DNA from: Hydrurus foetidus
Lineage: Eukaryota
Direction: 5' to 3'
DNA length: 64,000 bases
Assembly (NCBI GenBank): GCA_900617105.1
Contig: UYFQ01000312.1
Span: 1 to 64,000, forward strand
Shown here: positions 1 through 9,943 of the stretch, one piece after another
How the letters are laid out: every line of letters starts with the position of its first letter
Numbering within the stretch: position 1 is the first letter of the stretch
Position numbers and translations under genes: made by a program
The notes under the pieces: generated by a model
Told to the model about the DNA's origin: nothing
What the model saw: only the letters and a program-made list of their open reading frames with translations
Databases searched by the model: none

Positions 1-18
1 CACAATTTTTCAGGAGAA

Positions 19-1131
19 ATGGAGAGATTAGTGTTGAACAACTTCGATGGTGGTGACATTATTGTCTTACTGGCAGATGAAGCGTCAGAGGCGATTACGA
101 GTTGGGCAACAATTGCTGAAAAGTACGAGCAAAAAACCGAGACAACTCTGAACATTCTTGGACGCTATTTCCTTACTAGGAACCAATTCGTGGCGTATGA
201 ACCCGAGATAAAGTTCTACATTTCTCGAGGCCTGACAGAGAGCGATAGAGCGATTTTGGAAGAAAGTGCCTTATACCTCCATATGCATAACAGGACTCCT
301 GAACAGAAAAGGGCTGGGGAGTTGAGAATTATCGTCAAGAGAAAGATCACCAAGATTTTCAACCGATTACTGATAGAGCTATTTCCATCATTCAAACCGA
401 CCGAGGAATCCGTTCGTAAAGTTGTCACGCCTACCCGTGTCAGACCCGTTGTGACTGAAGATGAACAGACGGTTGCCTACAATGAACCGAAGGAGGACGA
501 TGCTACCACCGTTGACGAAGAGTATGTCTATGACGAAGAATTACCAATCAACATCAGTTTACTGACACTTCAAGAACCAGAAGTGGAGATTCCCCAGCAA
601 ATCCGCCGTCCCAGATATAGTGGAGCGACGAAGGCACAACAGCAAGACCTATTTGAAACGCAGGACAATGCCATTATGCTACTGGACCCTATTCTGGAAA
701 CATTGAAGGGTAAAATTATCTATGAACCGTGCTGTGGTAATGGAGCGATTGTGAAATATCTGGAGAAGAAGGGATTCAGTGTCATTGCGAGAGACCTTTA
801 CACAACGGAAGAGAAGCACGATTATCTCGTGGAGGAAGACCCCGAGTATGACGTGCTGATTACCAACCCCCCGTTCTGTATCAAGCATCAGTTTTTTGAG
901 AAGGCGATGTTGAGTGGCAAACCGTTCATCTTGCTATTACCACTGCAATTCCTTATTCCAAAACGCTCCTATGATAATATCAAGAAATGTGCTATTGATA
1001 TGATCATCATGAACCCGAGTCCAAAATTTCTGAATGAGAATGCTGACCGCCAAGTCGGTGAGTGTGCGTGGTTCATCGTGAACCTGACGGAGGGCGGACG
1101 CTTCACAGTGGAGCGTTTACCTGATATTTAA
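19..1131 (+). CDS. DNA amino-methyltransferase (N6-adenine type) with long N-terminal extension
   Basis: C-terminal domain has motif I-like YEPCCGNGAI and motif IV ITNPPF. Confidence 0.85.
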   Translation: MERLVLNNFDGGDIIVLLADEASEAITSWATIAEKYEQKTETTLNILGRYFLTRNQFVAYEPEIKFYISRGLTESDRAILEESALYLHMHNRTPEQKRAGELRIIVKRKITKIFNRLLIELFPSFKPTEESVRKVVTPTRVRPVVTEDEQTVAYNEPKEDDATTVDEEYVYDEELPINISLLTLQEPEVEIPQQIRRPRYSGATKAQQQDLFETQDNAIMLLDPILETLKGKIIYEPCCGNGAIVKYLEKKGFSVIARDLYTTEEKHDYLVEEDPEYDVLITNPPFCIKHQFFEKAMLSGKPFILLLPLQFLIPKRSYDNIKKCAIDMIIMNPSPKFLNENADRQVGECAWFIVNLTEGGRFTVERLPDI

Positions 1132-1649
1132 TTATACTTTGAACACAATCTCACCCACGTATTTTTCTTTTTATTTTTCATTATAGTATCGTATTGCTTA
1201 TTAATACCATCAAGTGAGAATTCGTGTAAAATTCCACCGTAGTCAGTTTGAACCTTTCTAAAGGCTGTTTGTAAATCATCGTAATCAGTATAAAACCACT
1301 CAGACCGCTTACTTGGTCTCGAGGGGAATAACATCATTTTAGCATCAGTTTCTTTTAAATAAGTAATTAGTTTTTTTTCCATCTCACGATACAACTTCTT
1401 TTTATCTTGTCCTTCATTTACCCTTGGATATGATAAAAAAAAACATATATACATTCCGAGAGGGTAGTAAGAATGATAGTTCTCAATCCTTGACGCTACG
1501 TCCTGTGAAGTCATGCCTACTTTAAAAATTGCTTTTTTCTTCCTGTCTAATTTTTCGAAAGGAAGCAGACAGTAAAGACCATTCTTTCCTTTCAAGAAGA
1601 GCTCATCGTGTGCCACGTTGTATTTTTTAACTGTAACCTTCACTGGCAT
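1128..1649 (-). CDS. T5orf172/MUG113-like (GIY-YIG superfamily) putative nuclease
   Basis: GLYC...FKVGMT...RI..Y...EKKL...SEWF pattern; its stop codon overlaps the MTase stop (TTAA at 1128-1131). Confidence 0.7.
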   Translation of the reverse strand: MPVKVTVKKYNVAHDELFLKGKNGLYCLLPFEKLDRKKKAIFKVGMTSQDVASRIENYHSYYPLGMYICFFLSYPRVNEGQDKKKLYREMEKKLITYLKETDAKMMLFPSRPSKRSEWFYTDYDDLQTAFRKVQTDYGGILHEFSLDGINKQYDTIMKNKKKNTWVRLCSKYN

Positions 1650-1716
1650 ATAAGATAATATAACATTTTTTAATAAGTTTTGTATCTCTTATTTTATTTT
1701 CTATATTTAGTATAAT

Positions 1717-2199
1717 ATGCCAAGAAAAGTCGTTGATAAATTAGAATCTTTAGTAGAAGAAGTCCCCGTAATGGTAGATATTCCGGAAGAGAGTGAAGAT
1801 AGTGAAGAACCAAAGACGATAGAAAAGAGTAAGAAACCCCGTACGGAAAAACAGAAAGAGGCGTTTTTGAAGGTCATCGAGAAACGAACGGAAGCGAGAG
1901 CTATACGAGCAAATAATAGAGAGAAGGAGGCGAAGGAGAAAGCAGAAAACGATGCGAAGGAGGCACTGGAGAGAAAGAAGTTGCTGGAGAAAAAAATTGT
2001 GAAAAAAGCAAATATTATTGCGAAAAAGGAATTGAAGAAGCATATTGCCCTTGATGATATTAGCAGTGATGAAGATGAGAGTGACTCTGAAGTAAAAAAG
2101 GAACTTGTGCGGTTCAAGAGGTCTGTTGTAGAGAAAGTGATGAAAACAACAGTCCCAGCAGTTCCAGTTCCAGTTGTACCAAAATACAGATTCGTGTAG
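1717..2199 (+). CDS. Lys/Glu-rich hypothetical viral protein
   Basis: 160-aa ATG ORF, charged coiled-coil-like, co-oriented directly upstream of the ATPase. Confidence 0.7.
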   Translation: MPRKVVDKLESLVEEVPVMVDIPEESEDSEEPKTIEKSKKPRTEKQKEAFLKVIEKRTEARAIRANNREKEAKEKAENDAKEALERKKLLEKKIVKKANIIAKKELKKHIALDDISSDEDESDSEVKKELVRFKRSVVEKVMKTTVPAVPVPVVPKYRFV

Positions 2200-2224
2200 A
2201 TAAAATAGCAGTATACTACATAAA

Positions 2225-2992
2225 ATGTCAATAAGTTTAAAACATAATATACGTCCCGCTTTTCCAATAGCACGAATGAATTGTGACGATGGTCTTGATT
2301 CACGATTGAATATGTACTCACTGACAAGTTTGATGAATTCACATGAATGTACGGTTTTATGTGGTGCACCAAAGAGTGGTAAAACAAGTTTATTATGGGG
2401 TTTTTTTAAACACCCGAAATTATTAAAAAAAGTGTTCCATAATATTTACATTTTTCAACCAACTGTAAGTGGTGAATCAATGAAGGACAATATCTTCAGT
2501 TGTCTTCCAGATAATCAGCGTTTCGATAAATTGAATTACGATGATTTAAGTGATGTTTTAGAACGAATTACCAATAGCGAAAAATGGGAGGAAAACTGTG
2601 TAATTTTCGATGATCAGGCTGCATATTTAAAGCAAAAAAGCACACGTACTCTATTTGAAGAATTGGTGTACAATCGTAGGCATCTGAGGACAAATATTTT
2701 CTTCTTAACACAGGGATGGAAGAAAATCCCTTTAGATCTCCGCAAGGTATTTTCTAATATATTTTTATTCAAGGTTGCCAAGAAAGAGTTGTATACAATC
2801 TGGGACGAAGCAATAGAGGAGAATGTGGATTTAGTGCCAAAAATAAGTAAATTAGTTTTTGATAAGAAGCATAATTTTTTATTTGTGAATGTGGAGAGTA
2901 AGAGAATGTTTAAAAACTGGGACGAAATTCTAATTTCCGATCCAGACGATGACGATGATGTTGATGTTGATAAGGAGAAAATATGTGCATAA
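2225..2992 (+). CDS. A32-like (FtsK/HerA) genome packaging ATPase
   Basis: Walker A GAPKSGKT, Walker B VIFDD, RRHLRTNIFFLTQ arginine-finger/Q-sensor region typical of PLV/virophage/NCLDV ATPases. Confidence 0.92.
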   Translation: MSISLKHNIRPAFPIARMNCDDGLDSRLNMYSLTSLMNSHECTVLCGAPKSGKTSLLWGFFKHPKLLKKVFHNIYIFQPTVSGESMKDNIFSCLPDNQRFDKLNYDDLSDVLERITNSEKWEENCVIFDDQAAYLKQKSTRTLFEELVYNRRHLRTNIFFLTQGWKKIPLDLRKVFSNIFLFKVAKKELYTIWDEAIEENVDLVPKISKLVFDKKHNFLFVNVESKRMFKNWDEILISDPDDDDDVDVDKEKICA

Positions 2993-2998
2993 TATATT

Positions 2999-3118
2999 AT
3001 GGATAAACTACCGAACGAACTGGGATATAGAATTATTATGAAAGAAAAAGTGAAATTGAATACTCTGGAAAAGCCAAAACCAAAAACAAAAGTAAAGACG
3101 GAGACAAAATTCATTTAA
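2999..3118 (+). CDS. Possible 39-aa basic protein (MDKLPNELGYRIIMKEK...)
   Basis: Fills the gap between the ATPase and the next gene in a gene-dense element; no motif support. Confidence 0.35.
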   Translation: MDKLPNELGYRIIMKEKVKLNTLEKPKPKTKVKTETKFI

Positions 3119-3736
3119 ATATCTAATAGTATGTTAACTAATGTCAATTAAGATACTACTCAACTCAAAAGATAGGGTAAATAGTGCTACTTCAGCAAAT
3201 GATTGTGAGTTTCGTGTCAATTGGGGTGCGATATTGGACGATGGAAAATACCGTGTAAGTTATAGCATTTGTAAGCAGTTAATTCCCGTAATACCAGAAA
3301 TACCTTGGGTTTTTAGAGTGCAGAGTTCAACATTGACAGTCCCGACAACAGTAGATGGTATAACATTAAATAATACTAATGTGTCTATGATTAATGATAC
3401 AATACGTGGTAGTGTATTTAATTTTACAGGTGCAAATTTTTTATCATTAATTAAACCGACGCCCGTGAATTCGACGAAGACATTTTGGCTCAAAATGCCT
3501 ATTTTTACGTTAGGTGCTAATAATGCATACAGCACCACTAAAATGCCCATATGGTTTGATGGTGGCACATTTTTAACTGTGGCAGTAAATTTTGGTCAAG
3601 GTGGTAGTGGAGATGTCGTATCGACAGTAGCTCAGACATCAGGTGCATGGATATTTTACGCAATAACAACAACAGCATCAGAGACGCTTTTGTATGTAAA
3701 TGGAGTGCTTGTAAGAACAGGTAATTTATCATGGGG

Positions 3737-3943
3737 TGTGGTCGGACCGGCTATACCGGGCCTACGGGCCGTACCGGACCTAGTCCCGATCCATCCGATC
3801 CTACCGCCTACTGTACACATACATCTCTAGCGCAGCTGCTAGCTAGCTCTAGCCTACTCGTAGAAGTTTATCCTAGCTTCTAGCTTAGACTGTAACTAAC
3901 TAACACCTCCACTCTATCGACCTACTTTCCTATCCGGACTACA
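3737..3943 (+). repeat. 5' LTR
   Basis: TGTGGTC...GACTACA; identical by eye to 9300-9506. Confidence 0.95.
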
Positions 3944-4846
3944 ATAGCGCTATTAGTCCACCCTTTTCTCTTCTACTTCTCAGTCCATCTACCTGTCCCA
4001 ACCTGTAGATACGACTTCTGAGCTACTGCTCGTCGACTTTAAGCCGACTTCTCTTGCAGCCTTTGGCTCAGAGAACCCTAGTCTAAGTTAGAGAAAGTCA
4101 GACTACCTGCTTTCTTGGAATCCCCGTGCTTGGGCTCTTCCAAACTTGACATTCTTGGTCGAAGTTGATTTATCCTTCCCAGAAGTCATCTAAGACTTGC
4201 TCCGCTGGTAGATTGAATCACAGATTCATCACCAGAGACACAAAGTTAGTCTACAGACTTCTTTTCGTCGACGTAGAGCAACGTCTTCTACCTTTAAGGT
4301 ACCATACATTTTCTACCACTCTAAATTTGGCTTTCACGCCATAGAACTTTTCAGTTCAAGAGTTGGTTAGAATCACTCCATTCGTTGTTACTGACGTTAC
4401 AGTACCCGTTCGTGAACGAGGCGAAGCTCTGGAAAAATTTTCCTGAGCAGGGCTAACCTCTTCACAGAGATACAGCCATTTTTCTTCGGAGAAATATCTC
4501 GAGCGAATAAACGATTTCTGCTCATCTTTTGACAAGAGATACACAGAGAATTCGCATGCGGACATCATTGTCCCTTCGGATAATGATCTCTAGTATCCTA
4601 TAGAATCGTTTACACCGAGTTCTGGTTGAATTCGAGATCATCCTGCTGAGTTATGGACTTAGCACGACATCGTCGTTCTCGACTGATTTTTATCAGGTTT
4701 TGACCCAGAAAAGGTCACGACCTATAGAAAGATGCCTAACAGTCATATAAACATGATCTGAAGCTTCTAATCTCTCGAATCGCTCTCAGTAGAGAGATAT
4801 CGACGATTAAAGAAAATATCCTCCAAGGATTACTGACCATCCTGAG

Positions 4847-5872
4847 TTCGGGGTTCGAGCCCCAGTAGGGGTGGGTCACCTTTTCGTACATTTGAAAATG
4901 TCGTATTTTTTTTTTAGTTTTCAATATGTGGGCACACATTTTGTAACAATTTAACAACAGATTTAAAGTCTTTACAAGATTTTGAGACTGCAAACATTTC
5001 AAAAAAAAAAGAGTGTTCCTCCAGCTTTAAGCCAAACTTTTTCATTGTAATATTTCTCACATTGGAAATGTTCTGTTGCTTTGCAACATGAATCAAAAGA
5101 TCGTTAGTATGAAACGCTCTTTTCGTTCACGCTATCACGTTTCTCACACAGCTCTATGCTGAGTAAAATTATTGCAATGCAATATTATGCATTGATTGAA
5201 AAAGTGATCGTAAGTGCAATCAACCTTTTGCCTGCACACAACACCGGCTAGCCATCAGAGCGCCGCTGATCAATCTGTGTGGGGTACAGCGAATTCATCA
5301 AGGGTTTTATTTCATTTTACATGATAAAAATTCTTAACGTTATACACCTTTGTTATCCTGCCCGTAGGGCCATAACGGTGTGTAGCGGTCGCGACGATCA
5401 ATATAAAACTTGCGATTTTACAATCCTTTTTCATTCTTACAATGGTGAATGCAATTGCATCAGCCTGCCCATAAGGGTATATCGACAGATTAATTTGCCG
5501 AGACAACACTCAGCCGGGACAAAACCAAGGTACATCCTTGCCCAGGACTGCGTGGCTGTCACTTTCGATAATGATGTCTTTAATCTGACTGATGATCATC
5601 TCGAAGTGCAGCCAGATGTACCTATTCAAAAACGAATATCAACATATTATTCAGCCGAGACAACACTCAGCCGGGACAAAACCAAGGTACATCCTTGCCC
5701 AGGACTGCGTGGCTGTCACTTTCGATAATGATGTCTTTAATCTGACTGATGATCATGTCGAAGTGCAGCCACATGTACCTATTCGGAAGACGGAAATTGG
5801 CATATTATTTAGCCGTGATACGGTAAATAAGTATGACATTTAAACGTTAACTCCATTTGCTTTCGGCATTTC
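4847..5872. other. AT-richer insertion inside the LTR element's gag region
   Basis: Flanked by TCCTGAG direct repeats (4840-4846, 5873-5879); no TIRs or recognisable ORF. Confidence 0.45.
5497..5784 (+). repeat. Tandem duplication, ~131-bp unit with 157-bp period
   Basis: 5497-5627 vs 5654-5784, two mismatches seen. Confidence 0.9.
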
Positions 5873-6457
5873 TCCTGAGCTTAGCGCTGAGAATATGAGA
5901 AAGAGTGATGCTCGCATGCGAATTCGATAAGAAATACGCATCGGATAAACTCGACCCATTGTTTCAACACAATATACGCGTCGTATGATAGCGTTGGGTG
6001 CCGAACCTGATACAGCCGTAGTCGAGTCTTTTACACCTCATTACGACAAGCTGAAATATCCAGGCGGCAAACCATCCTCTGATAAGAGAGAAACATATGG
6101 ATTGTACGAGTATCCGAATAGGAAGAGCATATTGCATGGTCAATCTTCTTCGAAGAGCAACGTCTCTTGTGTCCATACAATGTCGACATGTAACGATACT
6201 CAGATGGAAATCGAGGGAGTCATGACCCAAGATCCCTGTGGTGTTGTAGGTTGTGAGCGACTGAATAGTGTCACTACTATTCTCGCAAAACGTACGGGTG
6301 ATACACCGCACCTAGGTGGCGACCAGATTCCCACCCCTACAAACACTTCTGAGGACTCTGATACCTTAGACTATGTCACTGAGCCTTTATGGCCCAGTGG
6401 TGTCGCACTCTCAGTTGACGAGATTGACGATGGCAAGATAGATACGTTTGCCCCTTC

Positions 6458-7419
6458 TTGGCGGAGAAACCTAGTCAAGATGACTTGCCCAAAGGGCCAG
6501 AGGATTTCCTCAAAGAGATTACCTTTGAAGGAGATGAAAGCTTTCAAAGGAAGCTCCGAGAGCTCTGTTCTGAATATTCAGACATCTTCAGTGATCAATT
6601 AGCTGAGAAACCAGCGTCACTTAAACCCTTTGAGATTAACATCCCACTTGAGTTGTGGGAAAAAGACGAAAACCGTACGCCGGTACGTCCCCAATCATCA
6701 ACAAAAGAGGTTGCTCTCAAAGAAAACCTTGACGAGATGCTTGCATCAGGGGTTATAGAGCGATCAGATGCCGCTTATTACAGTCATCCTGTAATAGTAA
6801 CTAAGTCACCCGGTAAATTTCGAACCTGCATCGATTACCGGCCACTTAATAGGTGTCTTAAGCCGGCCTCATTCCCGTTGCCTAATATCAAACACCTCTT
6901 TGAGAGGATCGGTAATAAAAAACCGGATATTTTTGGTGTGATGGATTTAACCGCAGGTTACCATCAAGCACCGTTACACCCCGCACACCGCATTTTTACG
7001 GCATTCATATGCTTTGCGGGGGTATTTCAGTTTACGAGACTGCCCTTTGGTCCGTGGCGTGCCCCCTCTTACTTTCGAGAGCAGATGGTAACGGCGGTCC
7101 TCTATGGCCTTGTACATCATTGTTGTGAGATGTATCTCGGCAATTGTATTGTATCTGGCAAGGGTGAAGCAGAGTTTTTACAACTTGAAACCAATGTAAA
7201 ATATGACAGATCGTTCTGTTCTAAAGAGCTCCACTGTCTTATGGACTCGAAAGAGTACCAACCACTTTTAGACACGCAATCGCTTTCACAAGCAAATAGT
7301 TAAGACCCACACAAATAAAGTGGTCAACGACACAAAAAGAGGCTTACGCTATCTTCTATTGTTGTATACAACTCGATTATCTAATCAGAGATCGTACGTT
7401 CACTATCCATACGGATCAG
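6458..7419 (+). pseudogene. Gypsy reverse transcriptase / RNase H, inactivated and partly deleted
   Basis: RTCIDYRPLN, MDLTAGYHQ, RLPFG motifs; catalytic YxDD reads YLGN. Thumb/connection is missing, and the RNase H remnant AIAFTSK*LRPTQIKWSTTQKEAYAI has a stop. Confidence 0.88.
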
Positions 7420-8952
7420 TTGAACATTACATATATGAAACAAAATCTTACCTCAATGGTGGCGAGATGGTTCATTGCTATGCAAGAACTAGATTTTACC
7501 GTGGTATTCGTACCCGGTACTTCGAATGTTTTGGCAGACGCACTGTCAAGGCTTTGTCCTAATCTGACAGAAATTGCTCTGCCATTACGAACAGAAGAAT
7601 TGGAATTACTTCCTACTTCATCATCGTCTTTCACTGTATCAGCTCTGACGGTCATAGAACCAGCTTCAGACGATCAGTTAGAATACATTCAAATGTGCCA
7701 CAATGCAATTGTCGGTCACAACGGCGTAGACCGTACCCTTACTCGGTTGTTTAGTTTACAACAAGTATGGAAACACATGAAACAACATGTACGTACGTTC
7801 ATACAGAACTGTCCGTGTTGTCAAAAGTTGAGTGCAAAAGATCCTAAGATCAATGCGTCTCATTTTGCAACTTCAAATTATGCTATCTTCGATACGCTAA
7901 ATGTTGACTATATTGGTCCATTTCCTGACAAAGGTTATATCCTAGTCATCATCGATACATTCACACGATGGACAGAATTGTTCTGGTGTGCAGACGCAGA
8001 TGCTAAATCAGCAGCTGACTGTTTGCTTGCGCATTTTGGTCGATTTGGATCACCAAATATGATTAGATCTGATCGAGGATCACATTTCGCAAATGAATTG
8101 ATCAAAGAATTCTTAGATCTTTGTGGAACACCACATAATCTCACCCTTGCTTACTCGAAACAAGAGAATGCAATTGTTGAAAGAGTCAACAAAGAGGTGA
8201 ATAGACACTTAAGAGGTTTAGTTTTTGATAAACAAACCCTTGAGGGATATGCTAAGTCAATCCCTTTCGTGCAACGTATCATTAACGGTTCAGTTAATAG
8301 ACGCACAGGTGTCTGCCCCGCTCATTTATTGTTCGGAAACAAACTTGATTTGAATCGTGGTATTCTCACTCCACACTTAAGTGTTGGAACACATTCAAGA
8401 TCAACGTACATATCAGATTTGATAAGTGTACAAGACAAAGTACTTGAAACTGCGGTTCAAACTTTGTTAAAAGCGGATGCTAAAAACGCCGCGTCAGCTG
8501 AATCAGCGACTGTGTTCCCCGTGGGGTCATATGTCTTATGCCGATACACTGATCGACCTCCAACTCGATTACATACTAAGTGGCATGGCCCTTACTGTAT
8601 TGTCTCCTTTAAGGGGTCCGAGTACGTTCTCGCTAATCTTGTAAATCACAAGACACGAAGTGTTCACGTCAAGAATTTGAAAATATTCAATTATGACCCA
8701 GAGGTAGATATACCTGCTGACACTGCTCGTCGCGATTACATGGAGTTCGTGGTTGAGAAAGTTCTGGGTCACGCTGGTGACACCAAGAAACCGACTACAA
8801 TGTCGTTCCATGTTAAATGGCTCAACTACGATGACTCTCATAATACATGGGAGCCGTGGAAATCACTACGGCTCTGTGAAGCACTCCATGATTATTTACG
8901 GGATAATAAAATGAAACATTTCATTCCCAGAAACATTGAGACATCAGCCTAA
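7420..8952 (+). CDS. Retroviral-type integrase with GPY/F motif and C-terminal chromodomain (plus RNase H tail)
   Basis: HHCC (CHNAIVGH...CPCC), D-D-E core (VDYIGP, SDRGSHF, VERVN), WHGPY, chromodomain FVVEKVLGH...FHVKWLNYDDSHNTWEP. Confidence 0.93.
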   Translation: MNITYMKQNLTSMVARWFIAMQELDFTVVFVPGTSNVLADALSRLCPNLTEIALPLRTEELELLPTSSSSFTVSALTVIEPASDDQLEYIQMCHNAIVGHNGVDRTLTRLFSLQQVWKHMKQHVRTFIQNCPCCQKLSAKDPKINASHFATSNYAIFDTLNVDYIGPFPDKGYILVIIDTFTRWTELFWCADADAKSAADCLLAHFGRFGSPNMIRSDRGSHFANELIKEFLDLCGTPHNLTLAYSKQENAIVERVNKEVNRHLRGLVFDKQTLEGYAKSIPFVQRIINGSVNRRTGVCPAHLLFGNKLDLNRGILTPHLSVGTHSRSTYISDLISVQDKVLETAVQTLLKADAKNAASAESATVFPVGSYVLCRYTDRPPTRLHTKWHGPYCIVSFKGSEYVLANLVNHKTRSVHVKNLKIFNYDPEVDIPADTARRDYMEFVVEKVLGHAGDTKKPTTMSFHVKWLNYDDSHNTWEPWKSLRLCEALHDYLRDNKMKHFIPRNIETSA

Positions 8953-9276
8953 GTTGCTGATCTCGAACGTATTATCTTTTGAAGATTTTTCCTAATTTTT
9001 CCCTCTATGAGGTTTTTTATGGTTTTAGTCAGTAAAAATCTGACATAATTACGTATCGAGGTCTCGTGCGCAAGTACATGGTACTAGGCACCCACCTTAT
9101 CGCCTCGACCGACCCACCACCAAGTCTATTTGTATAAATTTATATTTTTATACATTTCAATGTATTATTAGATTTACATATTTGTAATCTTTTTCTTTAT
9201 TCTTCCTTTAGTTAGTTTTAGCCTTATTAGATTTTTGTACAAAACGTGGTGGTCGCGTCATAGGTTCTTTTTCTTC

Positions 9277-9299
9277 AGAAAAAAGATAAGTGGGGGTGA
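9277..9299 (+). promoter_or_regulatory. Polypurine tract
   Basis: AGAAAAAAGATAAGTGGGGGTGA immediately 5' of the 3' LTR. Confidence 0.75.
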
Positions 9300-9506
9300 T
9301 GTGGTCGGACCGGCTATACCGGGCCTACGGGCCGTACCGGACCTAGTCCCGATCCATCCGATCCTACCGCCTACTGTACACATACATCTCTAGCGCAGCT
9401 GCTAGCTAGCTCTAGCCTACTCGTAGAAGTTTATCCTAGCTTCTAGCTTAGACTGTAACTAACTAACACCTCCACTCTATCGACCTACTTTCCTATCCGG
9501 ACTACA
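9300..9506 (+). repeat. 3' LTR
   Basis: 207 bp, identical to the 5' LTR, followed by GGGG TSD. Confidence 0.95.
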
Positions 9507-9667
9507 GGGGTGGCGATACTGCAGCCATAAATTTTGGTGCATATAGGGGGTCATCGTTTTTAACGGGTCGTCTGGACGATATGAGGTTATATTCCAGCAC
9601 TCTCACAGCATCAGACATAAATGCATTATATACAAGAACATTATTATAATATACCTATTATTGTATA

Positions 9668-9922
9668 ATGTCAAATATAACATTGCATATAGATTTGGGT
9701 CAAGATACAGTTACAACAACATCACCGACACAAGTTGTATCGAGAAACACTAGAGAATTAGGCAGATTTATACCCCGTATAGATGTGAATCAGACAATTG
9801 AATTACGCAGCAGACCACAGAATAACACTTTTAGTGTGAAGTTAATAGACAATCTTACAAATTTAGTATCAACTTTAAATTACAAATATATCATACAACT
9901 TCAATTTGAAAAGATAGAATAA
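9668..9922 (+). CDS. C-terminal half of a penton-like protein (paralog of the C-terminal part of 9944-10399)
   Basis: IDLGQDTVTTTSPTQ / NTFSVKL / YIIQLQFEKI align with INLGQSSVYTASPTN / NEFTVKI / YLLALNFEKI. Confidence 0.7.
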   Translation: MSNITLHIDLGQDTVTTTSPTQVVSRNTRELGRFIPRIDVNQTIELRSRPQNNTFSVKLIDNLTNLVSTLNYKYIIQLQFEKIE

Positions 9923-9943
9923 TTTCTTAATATAGATTATATC

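Larger units (their letters stand above)
3737..9506 (+). mobile_element. Ty3/Gypsy chromovirus-type LTR retrotransposon, internally defective
   Basis: Two 207-bp TG...CA LTRs, GGGG target-site duplication (3733-3736 / 9507-9510), RT-RNaseH-integrase-chromodomain order, polypurine tract before the 3' LTR. Confidence 0.95.
3141..9649 (+). pseudogene. Penton-like N-terminus fused to a LamG/concanavalin-like domain, interrupted by the LTR retrotransposon (3141-3736 + 9511-9649)
   Basis: Removing 3737-9510 (element plus one GGGG copy) restores ...LYVNGVLVRTGNLSW-GGDTAAINFGAYRGSSFLTGRLDDMRLYSSTLTASDINALY..., a complete LamG signature; 244 aa. Confidence 0.88.

Noticed and set aside
3737..3830. C-terminal tail VVGPAIPGLRAVPDLVP... 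of the 229-aa ORF
   Set aside because: It is read-through into the LTR; the true C-terminus is at 9511-9649.
4848..4870. tRNA gene
   Set aside because: Only a T-arm-like hairpin; no D arm, anticodon arm or acceptor stem found.
5497..5784. CRISPR array or DGR template/variable repeat next to an RT
   Set aside because: Two long tandem units without unique spacers; mismatches are C/G, not adenine-specific; the RT is Gypsy-type.
7420..8952. Integrase of the Polinton-like virus itself
   Set aside because: It lies between the LTRs, follows RNase H and carries a chromodomain, so it belongs to the retrotransposon.
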